Source: a virus
Reading direction: 5' to 3' (one strand)
Length of the DNA: 64,000 nucleotides
Virus record (IMG/VR): IMGVR_UViG_3300021420_000001
Location: 32,001 to 96,000 of that record
The notes below the pieces were generated by a model that was not told where the DNA came from, searched no databases, and saw only the letters and a list, made by a program, of their open reading frames with translations. Made by a program: the position numbers and the translations under genes. Of the stretch, positions 54,683 to 63,590 are shown piece by piece. The first letter of the stretch is position 1. Each line of letters starts with the position of its first letter.

Positions 54683-54736
54683 CTGCTAGATCAATCTCGA
54701 TCTTACAGCAAGAAATAAACAAAACTGATTGTACGC

Positions 54737-55231
54737 TTAGGCGGCTTCCAAAAGATCTGTACTCAATAACGTGGGGGTCATACGTCCAAGGAAACTCAGG
54801 AGGACGCGTTCCCTTTGTTTCGCATCCTGTCCCTGGTAGATCCCCGTATATCCTGAGAAGACCCCGCCCTTGACCCGGATCTCTTGACCTTCCTTGAATC
54901 TATTAGCCTGGTCGAGTTCGGGTAGGGCAACGAAACCATTGACTTCTCTTTGTTTCAATTTGATGATTTCGCCATCGGGAATGGTCGCGGGGGTATCCAG
55001 GAAAGTGACCACAGTCGAAATGCCGAACGTATTGAGAAGAAAATGCCAATTGGAAGGGAGAGTGTGGACAAAAAGGTAGTTGGCAAATAAGGGTTGGGCG
55101 ACGATATGCTTTTTACGCGTGGTCAATGTCTTTGGTAAGTAGAAGTCATGCCCTTGACGGTGAACGTTTTCCGCCGCCCATTCCTCGCGTTGGGGTTTCG
55201 TCCGCGCTACGATCCAACTCATGCCCTTCAT
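54737..55231 (-). CDS. NusG/RfaH-family transcription antiterminator
   Basis: NGN domain WIVARTKPQRE..YLP..PLFANYLFV; KOW FKEGQEIRVKGGVFSGYTG; VLLSFLGR. Confidence 0.9.
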   Translation of the reverse strand: MKGMSWIVARTKPQREEWAAENVHRQGHDFYLPKTLTTRKKHIVAQPLFANYLFVHTLPSNWHFLLNTFGISTVVTFLDTPATIPDGEIIKLKQREVNGFVALPELDQANRFKEGQEIRVKGGVFSGYTGIYQGQDAKQRERVLLSFLGRMTPTLLSTDLLEAA

Positions 55232-55730
55232 GGGTTTGATGTTTTAATGTAGTCGGAGGAACTTTGCAAGAGGTAAGTTTGTTGTGGGTCAGGTAAGTCG
55301 CTAGATTCCTTGAAGCGTTATATACTAATTCCATTACGTCCTGGAATTGCTTTGACTGATATGGGAAGAAAGCGGGGTCCGGAATTTTGGGAACAGGAGG
55401 ACTGACAAATTCCCCTAGACAGAATACGTGGCGATCTTTAAGATGACCGCAGGCCTTCTCTTCCAGTCTACGTTTATTGCCCTTGTCCATGTAAATAATT
55501 ACGTCAGCCCAGATCAGATCATTGGTTGTCAGACAAACGCTACGATGTTCGGAAAGGTCCAGTCCGATTTTCTTCCTAGCGTATTCTCTTACCGGCTTGG
55601 CTGCTGGCTTATTATCGTCATCCCGGAATCCTCGCGATCGGATATGTAGCTTTGTATTGAACTTTTGCACGATAGCGTGACACAGAGGGCTACGATAACG
55701 ATTTCCATGACACAGAATCAAAACATTCAT
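55146..55730 (-). CDS. Low-molecular-weight phosphatase (LMW-PTP/ArsC fold)
   Basis: MNVLILCHGNRYRSPL (Cx5R), IRSRG, DLSEHRS, ADVIIYMD, IPDP. An in-frame 58-aa upstream extension runs to 55904. Confidence 0.82.
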   Translation of the reverse strand: MNVLILCHGNRYRSPLCHAIVQKFNTKLHIRSRGFRDDDNKPAAKPVREYARKKIGLDLSEHRSVCLTTNDLIWADVIIYMDKGNKRRLEEKACGHLKDRHVFCLGEFVSPPVPKIPDPAFFPYQSKQFQDVMELVYNASRNLATYLTHNKLTSCKVPPTTLKHQTHEGHELDRSADETPTRGMGGGKRSPSRA

Positions 55731-56303
55731 TTGCGACCCACTCTCTTGCCCAAGACCATTCAGCCTGTCGGCCGCACGCTTCGCAGCATTACGGCTGGGA
55801 TAAGCCGCGACAAAGTGCTTCTCTCCGGACGAATAGCGCCAAGCGACCGCCCATTGTTTGTTTCTATAGTAGACGATATACATCGCCGCCTCTTCGCTTA
55901 GCATCGGTCCCGCCTATCGGCTACGCGGCATTTATCCGGCTCCCGACACGGCGCGCCCCCACCTACGCTACGGGCTCTCGCCCGGCCGGACTCGAACCGG
56001 TGACTCGGATTCAGTGGCCGGAACAGTTTCCGCGGTCGCCTTGGCCCTTTCTAGTGCCATCTCGAATTTTGCCTGCGCATACCCTTCGGCCCTGCCGGCA
56101 GCCCGCGCGGCCCCCAGCAATTCCTCTAGCTCGTTCTGACTAATTGCATTTTTCATGATCCGCTTCACGGCCCACGAAACAACGGCTATTGCCACCGATT
56201 CTCTGCTTGAGAGCAGTTGAGCACGGTTTGGGACGAGATTCCACCTCGCTTGGTCCTGCCTCACGTCACCCTCCAGCTTCCCTATCCGTCCGAATCGCCC
56301 AGG

Positions 56304-56525
56304 TCATAGGTCTCTCGTCTCGGTGTGGGACAGCTCAGTCGGCGTGTGCGACGTGAGCCAAAAAACCTCGTTTCCAATCTGCATCCACCACTGCCTATCG
56401 GTCATCTGCTCAATGTGCACATCGCAACCTTTCGCCACGATCTCATCGACCGAACCATCTTCGTTGCGGCGGATTTCGACGGTCACGGCTGCAACAGGAG
56501 GTCCATCTGTGCATAGTTCGGCCAT
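56304..56525 (-). CDS. Small hypothetical protein
   Basis: EIRRNEDGSVDEIVA..VHIEQM..WWM; AAGGAGG SD. Confidence 0.6.
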   Translation of the reverse strand: MAELCTDGPPVAAVTVEIRRNEDGSVDEIVAKGCDVHIEQMTDRQWWMQIGNEVFWLTSHTPTELSHTETRDL

Positions 56526-56993
56526 CTATCCCTCCTTCGCGCCGACACCCTCACCGAGAGCGGCCTTCATCGCCTCAAGAACCGGTGCGGTGGTTGATCC
56601 GCGCTCGATTGCCTCGATCGTGGCTTCTGCGGCGCTTTCGATCCGTTTTAGCCGCAGATACCGATGCGTCAAGATCGTGATGGTGTCTGTCGCGGAGTCT
56701 GTCATCGAATGTGCGCCTCCCTACGATCTTCGGGGTCAGGCCCTTGGATCGCGTACATAACCATGCACGCGATCATCAGTGGGACCAGGAAGATGGCGAC
56801 AGCCATTCCGGCAATAGAATTGATCTTCAAGGGTTCAGCTCGCATTGTCTCCTCCTCCTTTGATAGGTGCTGCCGGCTGCGCGCCGCCATCCTTCGCTTT
56901 TGACACTTAAATCCGATCCAAGTAAGAGCTGCGCCAGGCGATGCCAAAACAACACCAGACCACCCTATTGAGTACTCTAGGATCAACCAAAAT

Positions 56994-57911
56994 CTATAGC
57001 GCAGCATAGTAAGCATTGAAACCTTCAAAGCGTCCCTCCAGGATTGCCTTTATATTATTCGCAATCACCTCTTTCTGCAATGATCCATCATGCACAGTGG
57101 CGCGATACCCAATCTCCTGCCAATGAACGTATTTCGGAAACTTGGGAAAACACCATCGCGGATATGATTTGGGTTCCAGGGGGATATCTTCAAGGGCATG
57201 AACCAGGAACGTCTTACAGTAATCGATACAGGATTCCAATTCATCGCTATTCAACGTGCCTGGAAAATGGCGCCATTCGATGGTGTCACTCTCCAATAAT
57301 TGACGCAGACTGACGCAGCACCGCGGTTGTAGATGCCAGCAAGGAGTTCCGTTGGGACGATGTGGAACCTCAGCCTCGAAGAATTGGTCAACTGTCTTTG
57401 CCGCTAACTGTCCTTGTACCCGCTTTGCAGACAACAACGTATGGTGACTGACCTTACGCCGTTTGTAACGCCGCATTGCGCCTTCGTATTCCCTTCCCTT
57501 GTATTCCCATGCCGATGGACAAGGGATGGGTTCGATACTCTCTAACAGCTTTGGCATGCGCTGGTGGATATATTGCTGTACCCGTTTCAGGGATTGTAGA
57601 TCATCCCTGAGTCCGGGCACGCGGATATGAACATGCAAATTACTACGATAATTAACCTTGACTTCGGGAAAGAGTTTACAAATCTTTTCCAGGCATTCGA
57701 CCTGTCCATCGATCGTATCTGTCGGCGGGGTGTTGACCTCACCTCCATGATGATACAACTTATCCAATGGATCGTTAGCGATACCCGAACTGTTAACTAT
57801 CGTGTGATCCTTACGATTATTTTCGCAATGCTTGGGTAAGGGCTTGGTACGATCGTAATCGGCGAATTCGAACTCTGCGCCATAGGTCCAGTTTTTGGGA
57901 TGGTATTTCAC
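56994..57911 (-). CDS. Putative amidoligase (carboxylate-amine ligase, GCS-like fold)
   Basis: TYGAEFE, GGEVNT, SNLHVHI, TIEWRHFPGT. Confidence 0.78.
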   Translation of the reverse strand: MKYHPKNWTYGAEFEFADYDRTKPLPKHCENNRKDHTIVNSSGIANDPLDKLYHHGGEVNTPPTDTIDGQVECLEKICKLFPEVKVNYRSNLHVHIRVPGLRDDLQSLKRVQQYIHQRMPKLLESIEPIPCPSAWEYKGREYEGAMRRYKRRKVSHHTLLSAKRVQGQLAAKTVDQFFEAEVPHRPNGTPCWHLQPRCCVSLRQLLESDTIEWRHFPGTLNSDELESCIDYCKTFLVHALEDIPLEPKSYPRWCFPKFPKYVHWQEIGYRATVHDGSLQKEVIANNIKAILEGRFEGFNAYYAAL

Positions 57912-58062
57912 AGCTTGACTTTACCTTTGGTCCGAACAGCTATCATTGGCATATAGCATTTCTCACACATCGGTACGCTATTGTCACGACTCAGGCGCTC
58001 AGATTCGATCTCATCAATTTCCCGCTTGGTTTTGCAACCAATACATTGCGCCGTAATTTTCA

Positions 58063-58290
58063 TCACAGACCCTTTATGGTAATTTCCACCGGCTGACCTT
58101 CGTAGAGTTCCGGTTTCTCGTTACCGAGATGGAGGTGTTCCCAGGAACCTTCGAAACATACGAACCAACCCAGGTCTTCTTCCGTCAGCTCGGCTTTACC
58201 ACCTACCATACGTCCACGCACGGTACGTTTGAGGAATTCGACCGATTTGACCTTTGTCTTGATCCGGTATCTCATTTTGCTACAAACCAA
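58063..58290 (-). CDS. Small hypothetical protein
   Basis: 75 aa, beta-rich. Confidence 0.5.
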   Translation of the reverse strand: MVCSKMRYRIKTKVKSVEFLKRTVRGRMVGGKAELTEEDLGWFVCFEGSWEHLHLGNEKPELYEGQPVEITIKGL

Positions 58291-58511
58291 CGACCTTCCC
58301 TACCACAAACATTTAATACTCTGGCCCAAAACCAATCGTAGTGTCTGTGGGTAGCGCAGTATTTAGTTTCGTGAACAGGCTTGGGGTTGATCCCAGTCAC
58401 AAAATCCCGCTGTGGCTTTCCCAAAGGATTTTGTGGCGCATTGCACTTAGCGTACTCTGGACTAGACCCGTCATTCAAACACCACTTGCAATTGATACAG
58501 AGCCTTTGCAT
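58272..58511 (-). CDS. Small Cys-rich hypothetical protein
   Basis: CINCKWC...C...C...CGREGRWF. Confidence 0.6.
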   Translation of the reverse strand: MQRLCINCKWCLNDGSSPEYAKCNAPQNPLGKPQRDFVTGINPKPVHETKYCATHRHYDWFWARVLNVCGREGRWFVAK

Positions 58512-58513
58512 AT

Positions 58514-58954
58514 TTAACGTCCTCGGTAAGCACGGGAATCGAGATCGGGAATGGTTGCCACGCGGGCCCCATCCTCGTAGAAGACATCAATCGGAATTCC
58601 ACCTCTTGCGTTGAAGTAGCCGGCAATGCGGAACCAAATAGGTTGAACGCACTCGATGATATGGCGTCCAATCTGGATGACACAGGCTTCATGAAAGGCT
58701 TGATGATTACGATATGAGCCCAAGTACAACTTCAAGGATTTGGACTCGACCAGATACTTACCCGGGATGTAATCGATCACCATCGTTGCGAAATCAGGCT
58801 GCGACGTTACCGGACACAACGAGGAAAATTCTGGACAGGTGAACCGAGCCACGTACTTGATTTCAGGATAGGGGTTCGAGACCGGATCAAGAATGAAACT
58901 TGTCGGTACAGTCGGCAGTTCGGACTTCTGACCAAGGTGGCGGGGTTCCTGCAT
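58514..58954 (-). CDS. queF: NADPH-dependent 7-cyano-7-deazaguanine (preQ0) reductase
   Basis: PEFSSLCPVTSQPDFA, QueF motif ESKSLKLYL, FHE, RGGI. Start MQEPRHLG at 58954. Confidence 0.92.
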   Translation of the reverse strand: MQEPRHLGQKSELPTVPTSFILDPVSNPYPEIKYVARFTCPEFSSLCPVTSQPDFATMVIDYIPGKYLVESKSLKLYLGSYRNHQAFHEACVIQIGRHIIECVQPIWFRIAGYFNARGGIPIDVFYEDGARVATIPDLDSRAYRGR

Positions 58955-58955
58955 A

Positions 58956-59471
58956 TTACTTCCCTTTGTTGTACAGATCGAGAATGATCTTGGCCCGTTT
59001 CCACAACTCGGCATTGCCCTCAGTTAGAAGAGGCAGCAAGAGTTCCTTTTCCCGCATATAGGTTACCGCGAAATGCGGGTCGTGGGCAACGATGTCCTTG
59101 CTGTTCGAGATCAGGTCGGCAAGCTTGATCGTCTTGCCTTCGGGCGATGCGTTGGCATTATGAAGTCGGTCAAGTTCCTTACGCTTTGCCCGCTTGCCAT
59201 CTTCGGGACGCGATCGATCAGTCACTTCGTCGACCAGTCTGGCAACCTCATACCCGAACAGCTCACGTAATTGGATATCAGTGACGGCCTGATCTTCCTT
59301 ACAATCATGGAGCCAGGCGGCGGCGATGACCTCGTCCCGGCATCCGACCTCTTGACAGAGTCCGGCGACCTCCTGCAAATGAACGGCGTAAGGCAAGCCC
59401 GTATACTTGCGGACCTGAGTCCTGTGAACCCGTTGGGCAAAGTTCTTGGCCCTGTATGAGAGTTTTGTCAT
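58956..59471 (-). CDS. HD-domain protein, small alarmone hydrolase (Mesh1/SpoT-HD)-like
   Basis: FAQRVH.Q.RK..PYAVH, AAWLHDCKED, EVTD, IKLADLISN. Confidence 0.87.
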   Translation of the reverse strand: MTKLSYRAKNFAQRVHRTQVRKYTGLPYAVHLQEVAGLCQEVGCRDEVIAAAWLHDCKEDQAVTDIQLRELFGYEVARLVDEVTDRSRPEDGKRAKRKELDRLHNANASPEGKTIKLADLISNSKDIVAHDPHFAVTYMREKELLLPLLTEGNAELWKRAKIILDLYNKGK

Positions 59472-59472
59472 A

Positions 59473-59775
59473 TTAGTTATCTGCATCAAAAAGATTATGC
59501 CGCGACCTACCAAAACGTATAGTTCCCGGTGCGGTACGCCGCAAGGACGCTAAACCGCGATTAATGCAGTATCGAACTACAGCTGGGAGAGGTCCACTAA
59601 TTGTTGCCTTTGCCACACCCTTACCCCAGAACCCGTAAGGGTTAACACCAACAGGTTGACGGGGCATTCGTGTTCGCAGCCCACGAATGAAGGCATAGGC
59701 TCGATCACGCTTTTTATGCTTATCCTTACTCATGACATATCGCATCCCTGTAAACACGTGCGACGAAATCGTCAA
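59473..59775 (-). CDS. Small basic hypothetical protein
   Basis: Fills the gap in operon orientation; true start probably MSKDK. Confidence 0.45.
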   Translation of the reverse strand: MTISSHVFTGMRYVMSKDKHKKRDRAYAFIRGLRTRMPRQPVGVNPYGFWGKGVAKATISGPLPAVVRYCINRGLASLRRTAPGTIRFGRSRHNLFDADN

Positions 59776-60706
59776 TCCATTGGTAGTCCGGTTTATCAGG
59801 CAGGGACGATTTCGTCGCAGCTACTTCGACATCGACCAACAGTTGCTCGATCTCGGCACTGACCTCCTGATAGGGCAACTGTCCCAATTTGATTGCCAAG
59901 ATGTGTGCAGCGTTGGGAAGAGGAAACGTCACATTGGCTGTCGCCAGGAACTCAAGGGCTTGCGCCCCAACCCGGACAGCGTGCGACAATGCCTTCCAGT
60001 CTACGCCCTGCTGACTCTCGGCTTGTAGAGCCCGTTGGCCGTACTCGTCAACCAACCGCTGGACAATACCATATGCGTTCTTGATCGAAGACGTAAAAGG
60101 CAACTTACGATTACAGACATCCCAGTGGCGGATCATTGTACCGTTCGCCAATGGAATATCTATGAGTAGCATATGCTCGACACCAGAAATACCCTGAGCT
60201 ATTACTCCCTCAAATTGAGCAAGCTTCGGGGTCGTTCCATACTTCTCGATCAAATCATTTAGAGTTTTCAGGGCTAACCGAGCTGCAGCAACCCGAGACC
60301 CTTTGATCCCATATTTGTTGGCCTGCTGACGACAGTAGCCGACAAAGGCCGTGGATTTCCGGGTCAGGAGTCGATGACTTTGCACCAGGAGTTGTGCCCA
60401 TTCAATCGAACAGTTTTCGTTGATCCAGGACCATTGAGGAGCAAAGAGCATATCCAGGGCGACCGTCTGTCCCTCGGATAGCAACTCGAGATAGCGTTGG
60501 AGGCTGTAGCTTTCTTCCTCGATTTCTCCAGGCAGATTCTTTTCCTTCTCCGCCTTGGGACGTGATTTGTTGATCGAACCCTTGACGCGCTGGAGAAGGA
60601 TATCCTGCGGGTCCGGGATGTATACCGATTTGAAATCCAGATCAGAGTTCGGCGTCGTCGTCCCGTAGAGATGACTACCAAACTTTATGGTGACAATGTT
60701 ACGCAT
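59726..60706 (-). CDS. DNA polymerase beta-superfamily nucleotidyltransferase (RlaP-like)
   Basis: FGSHLYGTTTPNSDLDFKSVY, FVGYCRQQANKYGIKGSR, DWKALSHAVR. Confidence 0.87.
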   Translation of the reverse strand: MRNIVTIKFGSHLYGTTTPNSDLDFKSVYIPDPQDILLQRVKGSINKSRPKAEKEKNLPGEIEEESYSLQRYLELLSEGQTVALDMLFAPQWSWINENCSIEWAQLLVQSHRLLTRKSTAFVGYCRQQANKYGIKGSRVAAARLALKTLNDLIEKYGTTPKLAQFEGVIAQGISGVEHMLLIDIPLANGTMIRHWDVCNRKLPFTSSIKNAYGIVQRLVDEYGQRALQAESQQGVDWKALSHAVRVGAQALEFLATANVTFPLPNAAHILAIKLGQLPYQEVSAEIEQLLVDVEVAATKSSLPDKPDYQWIDDFVARVYRDAICHE

Positions 60707-60887
60707 CCATTTCCTTGATGATCAACGCGAGTAGCTTGATGCAATGACTGAGTCCGACAGCCCGTTCCATATCTCCGATGGAAAGGGCGGCATCACGGAG
60801 TTCGATCAACAATTCCCGCATACCATCGACATCCCTCAGATCGTAGACGTCATCGCCTGAAACGTATCTCTTGGTCATTTATTTTTC

Positions 60888-61259
60888 CTAGAAGGGGCAG
60901 TCTTCGTCATCATACGGGGCAAGTTGTTCCTTGATCGCCTCGAGTCTTTGACTCTCCTGTCCACGTTGTTTTTCCTTCCAGACTCGATATCGTTCAGGCA
61001 TTATTAACGTAGTCCTGCATCTAGGATTTATGCAATTAAACCACCGAGTATAATAGTAAGGCTGACGCAAATGTTTGCTCGTAATCTCCCCATGTTCCCT
61101 AATCTCAGTAGATTGCCCGCATCGGGGACAGGGATCACCATCTAAGCTTACTACTACTCTATTCTTTTTACGCATTACTTTACGCTTCCTATATATACTT
61201 CTATTCATACAACCTACTCCATCAAGACACAGGTAACCCTTTCCGCAGAGGAGGAGCAT
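60888..61259 (-). CDS. Zn-ribbon hypothetical protein
   Basis: CPRC...CINPRC. Confidence 0.55.
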   Translation of the reverse strand: MLLLCGKGYLCLDGVGCMNRSIYRKRKVMRKKNRVVVSLDGDPCPRCGQSTEIREHGEITSKHLRQPYYYTRWFNCINPRCRTTLIMPERYRVWKEKQRGQESQRLEAIKEQLAPYDDEDCPF

Positions 61260-61777
61260 ATCACGTTGCTCCCCCTCTTTCCCTGATCAGAGGAAGTCAC
61301 AGTCTAGGAAGAACTGTAACCGCGTACTTGTTAATCCTCGCTACGTAGAGCTGAACCTCGTAGCACCAATGGTGTTCCCATTGGCTCGCATGACCCCACT
61401 CTGGGCTGGAGCCTTGCCGGACCAGACGTATACGTTATCACAACGATCTACGTCCAGCTTCTGCACGCCGGGTGGGATGATCAATTCCCCTGACGAACGT
61501 GCCGACATCGGATACCCTTACCACGGTTTCTTAGGCCGTAGGTTTTCGTAAATGCGCCGGGACGTAAGCAGCACACCGGAGCCCGGACCACTACCTGCGT
61601 TATTTAACCAGGTACAGGCAAACCTGTATTCCTTGCATTACTGGGCAAGTGCAGGGTTTTGGATGCAAGCTCAATCGGAAAATAATCCGGGCCGAGCGCG
61701 ATTGCTTTCTGTCAGAAAACTTGGTATAAATCTTTCTGACGCTTATTCCGGATGTGCGCTCCACATCAATCCATCCG

Positions 61778-61822
61778 AAAAGCAGCCCTGCGGTGCAACC
61801 AACATCGCCGGGCTTTTTCTTT
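61778..61822. terminator. Imperfect GC hairpin with flanking A and T runs (terminator-like)
   Basis: aaaagc-agccctgcggtg...catcgccgggct-ttttcttt at the 3' end of the ProQ-like gene. Confidence 0.45.
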
Positions 61823-62388
61823 TATGCTGATTTCTTTTTTGAAGCAACCTTTGGCTTCTTTGGAACTGGAAGCGGATTCAAGAGTTCGATTAGTTCGAGC
61901 GCTTGGCATAGTTCGTAATGGGGGTCGGACTTATCTTCGGACTCAAGAACAATCAATCCTTGCGGCGTTGTACGTAAACCTTCCTTGATCAGGCGCCGCG
62001 CCGCTCGTTCCACTTCTTTCAGCTTCCATAACTTGGTTCTCATTTTACGGGCTTCGGAAACACCCAAAGCGCGCCAAGCGGCCTGTTTGGCCTCCTCTGT
62101 CGTAACTCTTCCTACGACTTTTCCGAGGAGATCGATCCGTTCTGCGCCTGTAATCACAGAAGCTAAGTAGCTAGTCTCATCGGTATATAAACGTAGAATA
62201 GTCCGAACCTTGTTCCGTGCTATATCAGGAGCACATGCAAACAAATCCTCTTTGATCCCAATCTTGAGGGGGCGTTTAGATATCATAAAACACAACGGAA
62301 ATCGCTTGTAGAGTTCTTCTTTAGTGTCTTGTATGGTTTTCAGGTTGGTAACAAACGCCATCGCATTACTCCAAGTTTCCTTAATCAT
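61822..62388 (-). CDS. ProQ/FinO-domain RNA chaperone
   Basis: LYKRFPLCF..RPLKIGIKEDL...LRLYT...YL....GAERIDLLGKVVGRVT.EEA. Confidence 0.88.
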   Translation of the reverse strand: MIKETWSNAMAFVTNLKTIQDTKEELYKRFPLCFMISKRPLKIGIKEDLFACAPDIARNKVRTILRLYTDETSYLASVITGAERIDLLGKVVGRVTTEEAKQAAWRALGVSEARKMRTKLWKLKEVERAARRLIKEGLRTTPQGLIVLESEDKSDPHYELCQALELIELLNPLPVPKKPKVASKKKSA

Positions 62389-62564
62389 ACGACAAAAGGC
62401 ATCTTTTGTGGGGGTATGTCTTGGTCAGCGGAACCTACCCGGCACAGAGGCGCATCGCGCATAGTCTGGCGATACCGGGACGGCATAGGGAAAGCTGGGA
62501 GACCGGATCAGCGAAGGGATGCCGCCCTGAGATCCGGTCCCCATATCTCTTTCTGGGGTTCCCC

Positions 62565-62801
62565 ATGACAAAACGTCCTACTACTAGAAAACCCATCCCC
62601 AAGGATGATAACGTTCCCGACTTCTACATCAAAATAAAACCCAAGGACAGGGATCGAACCGGCTGGTCAACCGTCGGGGTCGGTTGGCAGGGTGATAACG
62701 GAATCAAAATTCAATTGCAGCGCGGCATACATCTAGACTGGAAGGATTTCCATGGCGACTACATGGACAACTTCATTCTGATGCTGGTTCCCAATAACTG
62801 A
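62565..62801 (+). CDS. Small beta-rich hypothetical protein (DUF736-like)
   Basis: Start MTKRP at 62565; WSTVGVGWQGDNGIKIQL. Confidence 0.55.
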   Translation: MTKRPTTRKPIPKDDNVPDFYIKIKPKDRDRTGWSTVGVGWQGDNGIKIQLQRGIHLDWKDFHGDYMDNFILMLVPNN

Positions 62802-62802
62802 C

Positions 62803-63291
62803 ATGTCCCATTTCCAGACCATTATCGACTTGTTACCTTCACTCACGAACGAAGAGCTCAATCAACTGTTGATCCGTACCAAATTCCTTTTCAGCCCCAT
62901 CGCCAATAACCAATCCGATGAATCCTGGGTCCTGCAATGTATTTGTGACTGCCTTTCCAGTAAAGGCGTAGAATTTGCTTCGGTTCCCTTTCTCCTGAAA
63001 TCCCCTGACATTGGTTCCTTTCGTGATAAATTGCCTGGCGTATTACGTTATCTGGAAGGTTCCGGATTGCAACGTAATGAACGCAAAGCGGTCCTGACCC
63101 TGGGAATACAAGGTCTTTACGACAATCTGGTGGAAATGGGTATGCTGGTCTCGGTCCGGGTCGTCCTCCGTCATTTCCACAGGATACCTTCGGTGCTGAG
63201 CAAGGAGTATCCGGGCTATGCAAAGGCGGGCGTACTCCACAAACTCGTCCAAAGGGAACGTATGAATACTGGCAATGGACATTCACGCTAG
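62803..63291 (+). CDS. Hypothetical protein
   Basis: 162 aa; abuts the upstream stop. Confidence 0.6.
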   Translation: MSHFQTIIDLLPSLTNEELNQLLIRTKFLFSPIANNQSDESWVLQCICDCLSSKGVEFASVPFLLKSPDIGSFRDKLPGVLRYLEGSGLQRNERKAVLTLGIQGLYDNLVEMGMLVSVRVVLRHFHRIPSVLSKEYPGYAKAGVLHKLVQRERMNTGNGHSR

Positions 63292-63300
63292 GAGATCTCA

Positions 63301-63585
63301 ATGCTTTACAATTCAAAATGGGATGCGAAAGTCAAGCAGAACATCTACGCGCTGCCTACTCTGATCGCGTGGTTGGAGACGATGCCGGCTGACCGTACCT
63401 ACAACTTCACGGATTGCCTCGGCGGCACATGCCTGTTTGGTCAGTATCTGGAAGCCCACGAGGTCGCGTGGAGCCGCGGTGCGACCTATGTCAAGTTGAT
63501 AGGTACGGAGTTGGAGGCAATCGCGGCCGAAAAGCCGTGGACCTTTGGTGCCGCTCTTGTCCGTGCCCGCGAGTTGGTTGAGTAA
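63301..63585 (+). CDS. Hypothetical protein
   Basis: 94 aa; AGGAG SD. Confidence 0.65.
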   Translation: MLYNSKWDAKVKQNIYALPTLIAWLETMPADRTYNFTDCLGGTCLFGQYLEAHEVAWSRGATYVKLIGTELEAIAAEKPWTFGAALVRARELVE

Positions 63586-63590
63586 GGGGA

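Noticed and set aside
54683-54711. TTGCTG-N17-TAGCAG sigma-70-like promoter
   Set aside because: Weak match, and its start site would fall inside the ops-like element; not supportable without TSS data.
55975-56060. T-arm-like sequence CCGGTTCGAGTCCGG on the minus strand
   Set aside because: I found no matching acceptor stem, anticodon arm or CCA; at most a tRNA remnant.
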